Virus record (IMG/VR): IMGVR_UViG_3300021373_000005
Direction: 5' to 3' (one strand)
DNA from: a virus
DNA length: 64,000 nucleotides
Part shown: one piece after another, positions 20,201 to 27,573 of the stretch
How positions within the stretch are numbered: the first letter of the stretch is position 1
Layout: the number at the start of each line of letters is the position of its first letter
Translations under genes and position numbers: made by a program
The notes under the pieces: model-generated
What the model was told of the DNA's origin: nothing
Seen by the model: only the letters and a program-made list of their open reading frames with translations
The model's database searches: none

Positions 20201-21809
20201 AACTGCTGACATTTATGAATTCTTAGGTGATGCTGCTAAGCAAGTTGTTGAAGGTGTTGCCGTAACGAACGCAAGTACATATACATTAATGCCTCAAGAT
20301 ACAACTACTCATACTGCAGCAACAACTGCTGAAGGTGATAGAGTTCATGAGTTAATTGAATATGTTGAAGATGTAATTAGAGCCAACGATGTTGATGAGT
20401 TACCTGGACCTGAGTTCACAGCTTCTTGGGTACCTGCAGAATTAACAACTGCTGCTCAAACTATTGTTGATAATACAGAAGAACTTGCTTCTGATGTAAC
20501 GAATCATATTAATACAAACTTCAACGTTCTTGATTACAGTAAAGCAAAATGTAGAAGAGATACAGGATACTTACTTGATGCATTCAGCTTCGACTTGAAC
20601 TTCGGTGGTAATACTGCTTCACGTTGGAACGCAGACTTCTACTTCTGGAATTCAGTATATCGTTTACCTGAAGACCAAAGAATACCTACTGCGAAAGCAT
20701 ATCGTCAATTAGGTAGAATTTGTAAAGATATCGTATTAGGTGAATATAAAGGACAAACAACAATTGGTGAAGTAGGAACTTCGGTTGAAAGTCTGAAAGT
20801 TGAAATGTTAGCAAATATCTTCTATAAGACACAACTATATAACGATACCAAGTACTTACCTGTTAAGGAAGAGCCTGATTATACATACAGTGATGCTGTA
20901 TTTACAAATGCACAAAATATTATTGAGCAAAGAAGAAAACAATTACAGAAAGATACTGTAAGATTTGTAAATGCTGCTTACGACTTCATTGATATTAATC
21001 TAACAAGACGTGATGCAAGAAACTTGTTAACCGCTCTTCAGAATGATTTCAAATATGAAGATCTTCAAGTACCTGTTCCAAGTTATACAACAAACGGTAA
21101 TCAGAATGCAGTAAGAACATATACCGCTTCATTCTTCAATTACGACGGAACTCATGTATTCCCAGTATTTAATCCTTCGGATCCAACATTAGGATTGAAG
21201 TATAAAGGTTCAGTTAATGATGTTGCTGATTTAGGAAGTCTTACAGGAATGAAACCAAACTGGGCATATATTGTTGCGACTGATTATGCAACTAATTACT
21301 ATGCCGGTGATATATATTATTGGAATGGTATTCAGTTCGTAAATGCAGGAGCAAACAATACTGACCTATTAGATGCATTTGTTGGATCATGGGACAGAAT
21401 GAGAACATACATTGTAAATAATCTATCTCCTGACTCAGACCACAGTCTGATGATTGAAGGATTATTTGACGATTGCTTGAAGGATAATATCTTGAGACCT
21501 AATACATTGGTATTCGGATCATTGGTTGAATCCATTGCTCACCAGTTTAACGGTGCATCGGCTGGTGTTAACAGAAATGCATTACCTCTAAACTTCAGAA
21601 ACTTAGGTGCTGCTATATCAGCGATTGCCTCGGTACTGAATGAAGATGGTGGTAGAATCCGATGGTCAGGTGCTGATGAATTGAATAACCAGTACTTCGC
21701 AAGAGGACTAAGAATTAACGGTAGAACAGGTCGTATTGAAGGCCGACCATTTACTTCCTCTGTAAGAAAGCTCGCAAGACGTGCTTCGAACAGTAGGGCA
21801 GTAGTTTAA
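11253..21809 (+). CDS. Giant (3518 aa) multi-repeat virion structural/appendage protein
   Basis: Contains, in order: MAKISELP anchor-like N-terminus; Asn/Thr/Ser-rich beta-solenoid repeats; pectin-lyase-like beta-helix entry motif (VHVDAGSGDDKNPG...PVRTLEKA); 11 helical C-x-R-D repeats; 7 beta-rich YDPxTG...TFTC...HxFVSA repeats; conserved-looking C-terminus GGRIRWSGADE...INGRTGRIEGRPF. Confidence 0.85.
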   Translation: MAKISELPPITGANTRPEDLFVIVNLVQGDDGTSNITRKELVEAIQYEIFSRINITGGTISGVVMSDSRLNNVEIDNSEIEDTDFIRGSIDDTVITNSTANNITMTYSSFQFGTLLDSSANNLTITSSDFSQGTGNNNVLTNTTLLDGSANNFVITDSTANNIIITNSELNDSTANNVAITDSTVNNTIITSSEFNDGTANNVAITQSDFSDGTINQSVIETSEFNNGTMETVTGINLDISNSAYANGTVSDSILTDNTILNGTANNIAITDSTANNTIITNSEFNDGTGNNVTLTNSTIDDSLFSDGTISNTSFTGTMDSVVATNIQIRSSTADGLGANNSTFENGGISGSTFDGGVINKSNLVDFDMDINTEFEAPMDDESYFAIRNEKTGDTEQINFGQLFDEVSKKTAQALKVHVDAGSGDDKNPGTQLQPVRTLEKAFELCLEKAGGELNRNAINNSVHISVGPGTYYTKGNLQLPDDCSITSTSGQYATVIELEKGYENNNGILVGSGCYAQGFAYQNFQVDNFDFPEGGFAVAYRPGAKLLRSPYLRDSSQLSNFLRADVEPPLNPYNSKGTLADLGREFTLSNISDPTKFAIDDEIEFSSGAIGYVSYISEIASDSKIHVRNLKNNQGFAVGDTITAESGGTAVIQEIGIDDFPNREVGRGGGCVLADRRVLDTDSLYTYVLCFGFTPRSQNGIGYVARDGAGVNGIGSLSIFVRCAFYALNGGQMTLNNSGTQFGDISMRAKGTTEFFAPKSTTATIIGNTAFADTVDNAADDIIDDVVEYLTANTANGGLGYQAYDSEKCLRDSGIVLDGTGYDVALDTNYWGRLGGITYRSPISYVVPGEQLEETKGALEYLRDRTKEIFVTGNSEVNERVEASFGELLNVLEYGEENINPIIWQDTSVPRTAARNLIQDNREFITGELIDWIENNDEFYAYDSKACRRDVSDYILPAVKNDMQFDTNYNAVTAGRAYYMAAAKTVIENQNNETVEAYRRLKDQTNELLDGDSYTASAKTDAAFDEILSILENKGKQFTPTAATYDPETGKSVITLGTGHGLTVGRYVLLKTGGLIFTCDRDNHTTRTGYPRASDPAAGTPVEIIGANETKITVNVGKSAIVDVHKFVEALPNSVSVLGSAIAWSDSSSIPADKRNARKQLEANREFLQDLVLGYIDNNYFRYDSNKCRRDIQDYILPAVERDILTGSNYNAYQTGIAYRSGTTLADNVINEQLVETTGAINELKTRVNTDEIGSQFTPTNATYDPVTGRFEATIGIHSLQPGDYVRFLEDGITFSCDTGSGPTNDAVPNPGHPFYNHPCPVHSVTPTTIVCYVGTGGTNDHTFVSALTNAISHVIGISDKASEHRSDEAFDKIIGILNSANKTYDTSSANYDPVTGLTEITIGAHDLQVGDEVMIAADSMTFTCATDGNATQHTYPTTTITSFTPSTATYVPETGEFTANIGPHKLKVGDEIEFAPRGITFTCELDGNVTEHSAPEPHHPFWDKKVKLTSVEGNVIGCNVGAVANGGGVHTFVSAITNAIKGERQHPAYKKPVVVAATTATTFTVNVGTSTDTSVHTFVSATAGNIKTAKHISTYTPYDATYDPATGVFVASIGKHNLEAGDYVMIKPNSVIFTCDLDGNVTEHAAPQSHHPAYRTPVKLDSVTTDTITMNIGTGTGGAHTFVRATQGAIDSDALVFTDPASYVSHYTPTTATYDPVTGISVITIPGHDLTTNDYIEFAPYSFTYTCAQDSNATEHSYPRKGDSNYRTPMAITNVAGDDITVQLAASSGGAHTFVSVIKDAVSKVTYNSQGQYAREQLQKNKEFLAKEVSSYLESNYFVFDGNKCSRDTGYILDAVRRDVATGSNYHTVFTGLGYQIGTKGSNEVITEQLTETVAAINYMKAKVAADVNVTGTALTRANAAFDEIIDIMQNGSGNANVLGYGSAAAVPNGVDATDALITNRTFLQKEVTAYIAQNFPTVSYNVAKCERDTGYLVDAIVWDVRFGSNAAAINFARLYYENAISVLPEDQKLPTAKTWEHLAEVCYKIARQETVTPTTGNGEVFTAIASDAGIEIANAIRNGVNVTTQIIRDDDLKSLPTLNEGEVETAMIAAVNAIDGLTENLQESVIKYLKDEHNGLPFSKAVCERDVGIIIDAVSRDIEYGGNENTVEVFEYYFKRFNTTSADYEQLRSTNVLPIEVKGQFKTLSDYEDTANVSGLREAINVLPYEQREPTREAFNHLADMAEKIVKEVAHTSTYTSYTPTNATYDPATGVFVATIGAHNFVKGDTIYLKPNGITFSCNMGSGAANHTSPQPHHPYYQKAITLTDTDATTITMNVGTGGSGQYPHTFVSALADSISEGPYQDVDGTAADATTGTAVHDLIATVANLIDDTNIEDDEMPVITKASFDPNRTLARKQLQRNRDFIIEEVQGYLKDRYYVFDGDKCKRDIGFLLDAVAVDVLTGSNYNAVFNGVAYRIGTVGADAVINEQLTETVSAIKYAQGLAVAAVTDSTMKTKVNEAFAEIIDVMTNGRAAADTIDYTSVAPSFNRLNARSQLQNNRTFLIAEMTAWLAANRPSLTYDVAKCERDTGYLIDAVSHDAQFGGNFATLNDAKLYFENAVIQLPEEQRQPTADAFKHLGDCAELICLDQDIGGLKSAGNGETQDRTAGGAGAGISASIEGLFDIVAGSIENNTTLLNPAQELPDATSFNAVNSTAFAQVQGVIPTVQSGVLGHLATYFEILPYSETKCRRDTGYIIDAVAHDIQYGGNAATVQTAGMYFENAVNTGLQIEQRMGTRDAFLHMAKIIEHVVGAKSITTTLFPRVKKYYTGDILTQYDYWNGIHSYQSVEAQDMAVHGANPDTSIAARKLVEIIANAVDDNVEVRNTIPDRIDVDQTWMGANYITSKELVESQSDVYSEAVISYLTTTHNGLSFRDAKCRRDIGYLIDSAMHDVQHDTNFAMRQSAGIYFENGVSVLPVDARIATADIYEFLGDAAKQVVEGVAVTNASTYTLMPQDTTTHTAATTAEGDRVHELIEYVEDVIRANDVDELPGPEFTASWVPAELTTAAQTIVDNTEELASDVTNHINTNFNVLDYSKAKCRRDTGYLLDAFSFDLNFGGNTASRWNADFYFWNSVYRLPEDQRIPTAKAYRQLGRICKDIVLGEYKGQTTIGEVGTSVESLKVEMLANIFYKTQLYNDTKYLPVKEEPDYTYSDAVFTNAQNIIEQRRKQLQKDTVRFVNAAYDFIDINLTRRDARNLLTALQNDFKYEDLQVPVPSYTTNGNQNAVRTYTASFFNYDGTHVFPVFNPSDPTLGLKYKGSVNDVADLGSLTGMKPNWAYIVATDYATNYYAGDIYYWNGIQFVNAGANNTDLLDAFVGSWDRMRTYIVNNLSPDSDHSLMIEGLFDDCLKDNILRPNTLVFGSLVESIAHQFNGASAGVNRNALPLNFRNLGAAISAIASVLNEDGGRIRWSGADELNNQYFARGLRINGRTGRIEGRPFTSSVRKLARRASNSRAVV
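11430..12360 (+). repeat. Asn/Thr/Ser-rich ~5-residue-period protein repeat (ITDSTANN / ITNSEFNDGT)
   Basis: Repeated ITDSTANNIIITNSE(F/L)NDGTANN-type units in the translation. Confidence 0.75.
13620..20800 (+). repeat. Eleven dispersed helical domains with invariant C-x-R-D motif
   Basis: In-frame Cys codons at 13680, 14094, 14817, 16791, 17214, 17688, 18588, 19008, 19497, 20064 and 20550, each followed by x-R-D. A degenerate copy (TRRDARNLL) lies near 21000. Confidence 0.9.
14370..18333 (+). repeat. Seven ~100-aa beta-rich repeats (TPTxATYDPxTG...HxLxxGD...TFTC...HxFVSA)
   Basis: Copies start at about 14370, 15027, 15411, 15588, 16044, 16380 and 18036. Confidence 0.85.
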
Positions 21810-21831
21810 CATAAGATAGGAATAAAATAAA

Positions 21832-22257
21832 ATGCCAATTACAACTATACAAACTTCTCAGGCACCTGACGCAAAACCAGTTGCCAAGAATCTTGTCCTA
21901 TCGACTAACTGGCAGGAAATCATAAACGTACCAAATTATGAAGTTCCTGAACTAGTATTCGGTGGGTCTACAACTGTTGAGCCAGGTGTGGGTGAAGTTA
22001 TTTCACCTTTAGTATTATGTAATACAACAGCATCGACAGTGAGATGCGATGTACAGGTATATCGTTACGATGAAAATGTTACTTATTACATTATTCGTAA
22101 TTTACCAGTACCTGCATATGACACAATCCCAATTCCTCTGAATGGACAGTTTTTAAAGTCAGGTGATATACTTGAGGCGAAAGCCGATGCTGATTTAGCA
22201 ATACATAGTACATTATCATTTACTTTAGGTCAATCAGAAGAAGACGATGTTGTTTAA
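21832..22257 (+). CDS. Hypothetical small virion protein (beta-sandwich-like)
   Basis: 141 aa with normal codon usage, directly downstream of the giant gene. VISPLVLCN...PLNGQFLKSGDILEAKAD resembles small proteins that accompany such genes. Confidence 0.7.
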   Translation: MPITTIQTSQAPDAKPVAKNLVLSTNWQEIINVPNYEVPELVFGGSTTVEPGVGEVISPLVLCNTTASTVRCDVQVYRYDENVTYYIIRNLPVPAYDTIPIPLNGQFLKSGDILEAKADADLAIHSTLSFTLGQSEEDDVV

Positions 22258-22261
22258 TACA

Positions 22262-22269
22262 TATAAATA
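22262..22269 (+). promoter_or_regulatory. T4 late promoter TATAAATA
   Basis: Exact consensus, intergenic, upstream of the collagen-like fibre gene. Confidence 0.75.
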
Positions 22270-22307
22270 TATTATTAATAAAACTGATTTTTAAGGAAAT
22301 AAACTAG

Positions 22308-25300
22308 ATGGCCAGCAGATTTGGAACATTATCAGGAAAAGGGCAGGTAGTCGGTCACGGCGTACCTCAAACTTTTCCGGTTCAGCTTGACCCAGTACCT
22401 TTTGAAGGTGCGGTAATTTATGCTGATAACGGGGAGTTAAGATACTCCGACGGTACTGCTTGGCTGCCACTCGGCACAGGACCACAAGGTACGCAAGGAA
22501 CAACTGGTATTCAAGGAAACCAAGGTGTTCAAGGTGATTACGGTCCAGGATTTACAATCATTGGTTCTATTGTAGGACCAGGTGACCAATCTAGTTTAAA
22601 TACAGCATTCCCATCAGCAAACATCGGTGAAGGTGTAATTGACCAATCTGATGATACTCTATGGATTTACGATGGCACCAATTGGGTTAATATTGGCGGC
22701 TTCCGTGGTGTTCAAGGTTTCCAAGGAGTTCAAGGTGTTCAGGGTGTTCAAGGAACAATAGGTAACGAAGGTATTCAGGGTGAAAGAGGATTCCGTGGTT
22801 TCCAAGGTGAACGCGGTGTTCAAGGTTTCCAAGGTGTTCAAGGTCTATTAGGTTTCCAAGGTATTCAAGGAAGACGCGGACCACAAGGTGTTCAGGGTAC
22901 GACAGGTATTCAAGGTGATGTCGGTATTCAAGGAACACAAGGACGTGCAGGACCTCAAGGTGTTCAAGGCACAACAGGTATTCAAGGTGATGTCGGTATT
23001 CAAGGATTTAGTGGTTCATACGGCGGAGTATCATTTGAGTTTGATTTTGATACTGGAGTTGTTGCTTCTAACCCAGGTGCAAATACTTTTGAAATCAATA
23101 ATGCAAACGAAACATCAGCATCAGCTTTATTCATAAACAATATTGCCAAGAATGGTGCAAACATAGAAGCACTATATGATTCTATTAACGAGGTCACAGG
23201 ACCTGTAAAAGGATTCATACAAATTACAAACATTGCTGATAATCAAAAGTTTATCACATATGAAATAACAAATATTACAGACAACACAGGTTGGCATACG
23301 CTCTTTATTAACTATGTCACGTCAACCGCTACCGTTTCAGATTTAACTGCAAGTCCTGCTTGTATCATTTCATTTACAAGGGCAGGCGATTTAGGTACTC
23401 AAGGAATACAAGGTGTTAATGGTATTCAAGGCTTCACAGGTATTCAGGGTAGTTTAGGTCCTCAAGGTATTCAAGGTTTACAAGGTCCTCAAGGAACGCA
23501 GGGTCTTCAAGGTTTACAAGGCCCACAAGGTGTTCAAGGATTACAAGGCGAAATAGGTTTACAGGGATTACAAGGTAACGATGGTCTTCAAGGATATATC
23601 GGTTTCAGTGGTGGATTAACATTTGACTGGGATTATAATTCTTCAACGACTGAAGGGTTCCCAGGATTAAATCAATGGTTATTAAATAACGCAGATGTAA
23701 CATCAGCGGATAAACTTTATATTGATGATCTTACAAATACAGGAAGAAGAGTAGATGGTTTATTTGACTTCTTGGATGGTTTAACATCTCAACCAAAAGG
23801 TCAAATTTTTGTAAGAACATATAAAGATACAACTTCAGATGATTACGAATTCTTAATTTATAACTTTACAAATTGGACTTGGTCGGCAACAGGAACAGGA
23901 AAAGATTGGGGTCATTTTGACATTACCTTTGTTGGTGCTTCTAATTTAGGTGGAACCGATGCAGCTCCTGGTACGAGTTGGACGAACGGTGTTGTACCTA
24001 CTTATGGTAATACAACTATCATCAACTTTATTCCTAACGGTCAACAAGGTATTCAAGGTATACAAGGATCACAAGGTCTTCAAGGTGACTTTGGTCCACA
24101 AGGTACGCAAGGTGTTCAAGGACAGCAGGGTACGACAGGTATTCAAGGTCTTCAAGGTTTGCAGGGTATACAAGGCGAATCTATTCAAGGTTCCCAAGGT
24201 ATTCAAGGATTACAAGGTCTTCAAGGTTTACAGGGTCTACAAGGTTTACAAGGTCCTATAGGGACTACTGGTATTCAAGGTACGCAAGGTACAACTGGTT
24301 TACAAGGTCTTCAAGGTTTACAAGGTGAACAAGGTCAATACGGTGGCTTAACATGGATATGGAACTTCACAAATAATATTGTTGGAGGTACAGACCCAGG
24401 TACAAATAATTGGAAACTTAATAATGCCAACCCAGCAAGTGCTACATTAATTACACTTGATGATATTCCTGCTGACCAATATACACAAGAGATTGATGCT
24501 TTCTTAGATTTCATCGATGCTCAACCAGGTGCAGTCAAAGGTTATCTAAAAATACAAGAAGGTAATTACGACGATGGAAATGGTCCTGCTGGTCACCATT
24601 GGATGGTTTATGAAATTACAGATTGGACTTGGGATTCTGGTGCTAAGAATTACGGTTTCTTTGATGTTAACTATGTTGACGGTAATGTATCAAGTTGGCA
24701 AACACAAGTTAACGCAGTACACGGTCCTGCTACATTAATTACATTTATTCCAAGAGGTCCTGCTGGTATTCAAGGAGCAACAGGTCTTCAAGGGTTCCAA
24801 GGATTACAAGGTTTAATAGGTGCTGGTGTACAAGGTCCTCAAGGTACTCAAGGTACATTAGGTTTACAAGGTGCTGAAGGTTCATTTGGTGGAATTACAT
24901 TTGATTACACTTTTGACTCAAGTACTTTAAATAACGATCCTGGTGGTAACGGTTGGATTAAATTAAATAACGGTACTTATTCTTCAGCTACATCAATGTA
25001 CATTGATGACAGAGATGATAACTTTATTGATATTCAACCTTTCTTAAGAACGATTGATGACTCTACAAGTCCTCTTAAAGGTCATTTCAAAATTACAAAG
25101 AAATCACAACCAGAGATATTTGTAATTTTCTCAATATCGGCTCTTGCAGAGTTAAGTGGATATTTCAATGTTACTTGTGCTTATGTAAGTGGTAATGGTA
25201 CATTCGCTGACGGCGAAGATATTACAATTACATTCGCAAGAACTGGTGATGCAGGTGCAACAGGTGCAACTGGTCCACAGGGTGTTCAAGGCACAACAGG

Positions 25301-27428
25301 TATTCAAGGTTTACAAGGTTTACAAGGTCAAACTGGCGCGGGTGCTCAGGGTGCTACAGGCGGTCCTGGTATTCAAGGTCCTCAAGGTCCTCAAGGACTA
25401 CAAGGTAATGATGGTAATGCAGGGGCTCAGGGACCCCAAGGTGCTGTCGGACTTCAAGGTGACTTAGGTTTCCAAGGACCTGGTGGTTCTGGAGCACAGG
25501 GTATTCAAGGTATTCAGGGTAATGACGGTGCTCAAGGTATCGCAGGTGCCGGAGGAATTGGAGGTCAAGGTACTCAAGGACCTCAAGGACCACAAGGAGC
25601 GGACGGTGGAGAAGGTCTTCAAGGACCTGGCGGTCTAGACGGTCAGCCTGGTCCTACTGGTCCTCAAGGTACTCAAGGTACTGATGGTTCCGGTTCGCAA
25701 GGACTTCAAGGTATTCAAGGACCTCAGGGTGCTGATGGAACTGGTACACAAGGTATGCAAGGTATCCAGGGTATTTCAGGTATCACAGGAGCAGGTACTC
25801 AAGGTTTCCAAGGACCACAAGGTACTGATGGTTTCCAAGGTATTCAAGGATTTGATGGAAGTGGTATTCAGGGTCCTGCTGGTTTCCAAGGTACTCAAGG
25901 TTTCCAAGGTGTTCCTGGGACAGGTGGTCAAGGAGCTCAAGGTGATACTGGTTTCCAAGGTATTCAAGGACTTATTGGTATTCAAGGACAATCCGCACCT
26001 GGTACTCAAGGCTTACAAGGTGTTCAAGGTTTCCAAGGTGTTCAAGGACCTCCGGGAACAGGTGCTCCTGGTATTCAAGGACCTCAAGGTATTCAAGGTA
26101 TTCAAGGTGGCCCAGGAGACCCAGGTGGAGAAGGTGTCCAAGGTACTCAAGGATATTCAGGTTATCAAGGTGTCCAAGGTAATGATGGAGCTGGAGAGCA
26201 AGGTGCTCAAGGTCCTATCGGTCCACAAGGTTTCCAAGGACCAAGTGGTGACGGTGGTGGTCAAGGTACTCAAGGTATTATAGGTCCACAGGGTACTACA
26301 GGTGAAGATGGAATACAAGGTCCTGTAGGTGCTGGTTCAGATGGTGCTCAAGGTCCTGCCGGTCCACAAGGTGAGGCGGGATTAGGTGGTTCTGCAGGTG
26401 CTCAAGGTTCAACAGGCCCAACTGGACCACAAGGTACAATAGGTGATGACGGTGGTCCTGGCCCAGAAGGTCCTCAAGGTCCGGCGGGTGCAGGTGCTCA
26501 AGGTACAACAGGTTCTCCTGGTGCTCAGGGTGCAGATGGTTTCCAAGGTCCTCAAGGTCCATTTGGTCCACAAGGTATTTCAGGTATTACAGGTTCTGGG
26601 TTACAAGGTATTCAAGGTATTCAAGGACCTATAGGTATATCCGTTCAAGGTACACAGGGTCCATCAGGTAGTGCTGCTTCTGTAGATGTTGCTTCAATCC
26701 ATACAACTGGATTACAAGGTACAGCAATGTTTGTCACAATGGTTCAAGGTGGCTCAGGTGCAAGACCTTTATATGGAACTACATCTCCTAACCCAGGTGG
26801 TGAACAGAACTTCTTCTATATTGCAGATGACGATGAGTTAACTCTTGAGAACTTGAACATTGATGGTTCAGTAACACTTAATGGTTCAACAATTACAACA
26901 TGGCCGACAGGCGGTGGAGGTTCGTTTGACGGAACTGCTACTAATACTGTATCATCAGGTAAGTTGGTCTTCCAAGATGGCACAAATGGCGGCGGCGGTT
27001 CGGCATACTTTGGAACAGGAGAAGATGTTCAGTTTTATGATAATGGAACTGCAATGTATATTGACTTTGACGCATCCCATGATTTATATATGCGTGAAGG
27101 TACAACCACAAGGTTTACATTTGATACAGGAACAGGTGATTTTACAGCAACAGGTAATGTCACAACAAACTCTGACTCAAGACTAAAAGAAAATGTTAAC
27201 ACAATAACAAACGCCCTTGATAAGGTTGATAATTTGAGAGGCGTAACTTATAATAAGATTGACAATGACAGAAAGGAAATTGGTTTAATTGCACAGGAAG
27301 TTGAAGAATTCTTACCTGAGGTAGTAATTGATGGAGAATACAAATCAATCTCATACGGAAATATTACAGCTGTTCTGATTGAAGCAATCAAAGAACTTAA
27401 AGCTGAGATTGAACAACTGAAGAAATAA
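22308..27428 (+). CDS. Collagen-like tail fibre with four repeated globular domains and C-terminal S74 chaperone
   Basis: Extensive Gly-X-Y runs dominated by G-x-Q (GIQGLQG, GPQGTQG). Four GG[VLI]T[FW]x[FYW]x[FY]...PG...NN... domains start near 23019, 23610, 24339 and 24885. C-terminus SDSRLKENV...IGLIAQEVEEFLPEVV...ISYGNITAVLIEAIKEL (Ser codon 27171). Confidence 0.9.
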   Translation: MASRFGTLSGKGQVVGHGVPQTFPVQLDPVPFEGAVIYADNGELRYSDGTAWLPLGTGPQGTQGTTGIQGNQGVQGDYGPGFTIIGSIVGPGDQSSLNTAFPSANIGEGVIDQSDDTLWIYDGTNWVNIGGFRGVQGFQGVQGVQGVQGTIGNEGIQGERGFRGFQGERGVQGFQGVQGLLGFQGIQGRRGPQGVQGTTGIQGDVGIQGTQGRAGPQGVQGTTGIQGDVGIQGFSGSYGGVSFEFDFDTGVVASNPGANTFEINNANETSASALFINNIAKNGANIEALYDSINEVTGPVKGFIQITNIADNQKFITYEITNITDNTGWHTLFINYVTSTATVSDLTASPACIISFTRAGDLGTQGIQGVNGIQGFTGIQGSLGPQGIQGLQGPQGTQGLQGLQGPQGVQGLQGEIGLQGLQGNDGLQGYIGFSGGLTFDWDYNSSTTEGFPGLNQWLLNNADVTSADKLYIDDLTNTGRRVDGLFDFLDGLTSQPKGQIFVRTYKDTTSDDYEFLIYNFTNWTWSATGTGKDWGHFDITFVGASNLGGTDAAPGTSWTNGVVPTYGNTTIINFIPNGQQGIQGIQGSQGLQGDFGPQGTQGVQGQQGTTGIQGLQGLQGIQGESIQGSQGIQGLQGLQGLQGLQGLQGPIGTTGIQGTQGTTGLQGLQGLQGEQGQYGGLTWIWNFTNNIVGGTDPGTNNWKLNNANPASATLITLDDIPADQYTQEIDAFLDFIDAQPGAVKGYLKIQEGNYDDGNGPAGHHWMVYEITDWTWDSGAKNYGFFDVNYVDGNVSSWQTQVNAVHGPATLITFIPRGPAGIQGATGLQGFQGLQGLIGAGVQGPQGTQGTLGLQGAEGSFGGITFDYTFDSSTLNNDPGGNGWIKLNNGTYSSATSMYIDDRDDNFIDIQPFLRTIDDSTSPLKGHFKITKKSQPEIFVIFSISALAELSGYFNVTCAYVSGNGTFADGEDITITFARTGDAGATGATGPQGVQGTTGIQGLQGLQGQTGAGAQGATGGPGIQGPQGPQGLQGNDGNAGAQGPQGAVGLQGDLGFQGPGGSGAQGIQGIQGNDGAQGIAGAGGIGGQGTQGPQGPQGADGGEGLQGPGGLDGQPGPTGPQGTQGTDGSGSQGLQGIQGPQGADGTGTQGMQGIQGISGITGAGTQGFQGPQGTDGFQGIQGFDGSGIQGPAGFQGTQGFQGVPGTGGQGAQGDTGFQGIQGLIGIQGQSAPGTQGLQGVQGFQGVQGPPGTGAPGIQGPQGIQGIQGGPGDPGGEGVQGTQGYSGYQGVQGNDGAGEQGAQGPIGPQGFQGPSGDGGGQGTQGIIGPQGTTGEDGIQGPVGAGSDGAQGPAGPQGEAGLGGSAGAQGSTGPTGPQGTIGDDGGPGPEGPQGPAGAGAQGTTGSPGAQGADGFQGPQGPFGPQGISGITGSGLQGIQGIQGPIGISVQGTQGPSGSAASVDVASIHTTGLQGTAMFVTMVQGGSGARPLYGTTSPNPGGEQNFFYIADDDELTLENLNIDGSVTLNGSTITTWPTGGGGSFDGTATNTVSSGKLVFQDGTNGGGGSAYFGTGEDVQFYDNGTAMYIDFDASHDLYMREGTTTRFTFDTGTGDFTATGNVTTNSDSRLKENVNTITNALDKVDNLRGVTYNKIDNDRKEIGLIAQEVEEFLPEVVIDGEYKSISYGNITAVLIEAIKELKAEIEQLKK

Positions 27429-27476
27429 TATATTATGGAGTATAATTTGCTCTAGATCATTTCAAAATTGATTAAC

Positions 27477-27507
27477 AAAAAGGGCATTTTTATACAATGT
27501 CCTTTTT
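27477..27507 (+). terminator. Rho-independent terminator (possibly bidirectional)
   Basis: AAAAAGGGCATT-tttatac-AATGTCCTTTTT stem-loop with flanking A and T tracts, 49 nt after the stop of the collagen fibre gene. Confidence 0.75.
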
Positions 27508-27526
27508 CATTTGAGTAGCCATATCT

Positions 27527-27534
27527 TATAAATA
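27527..27534 (+). promoter_or_regulatory. T4 late promoter TATAAATA
   Basis: Exact consensus immediately after the terminator and upstream of ORF 27574. Confidence 0.78.
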
Positions 27535-27573
27535 AGGTAATAATAGAAAAATTTAAAAAAAGGTTTCATCACC

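Noticed and set aside
22659-26634. Short periodic DNA repeats in the collagen gene considered as a CRISPR array or satellite
   Set aside because: The period is 9 nt, in frame with Gly-X-Y, with no constant repeat/unique spacer structure. The alternate-frame VFKV/LEHL ORFs are collagen shadows.
27432-27456. ATTATGGAGT element (also at about 47719) with a tiny ORF MEYNLL
   Set aside because: Too short to support a gene or motif; it probably reflects an SD-like GGAG occurring by chance in AT-rich DNA.
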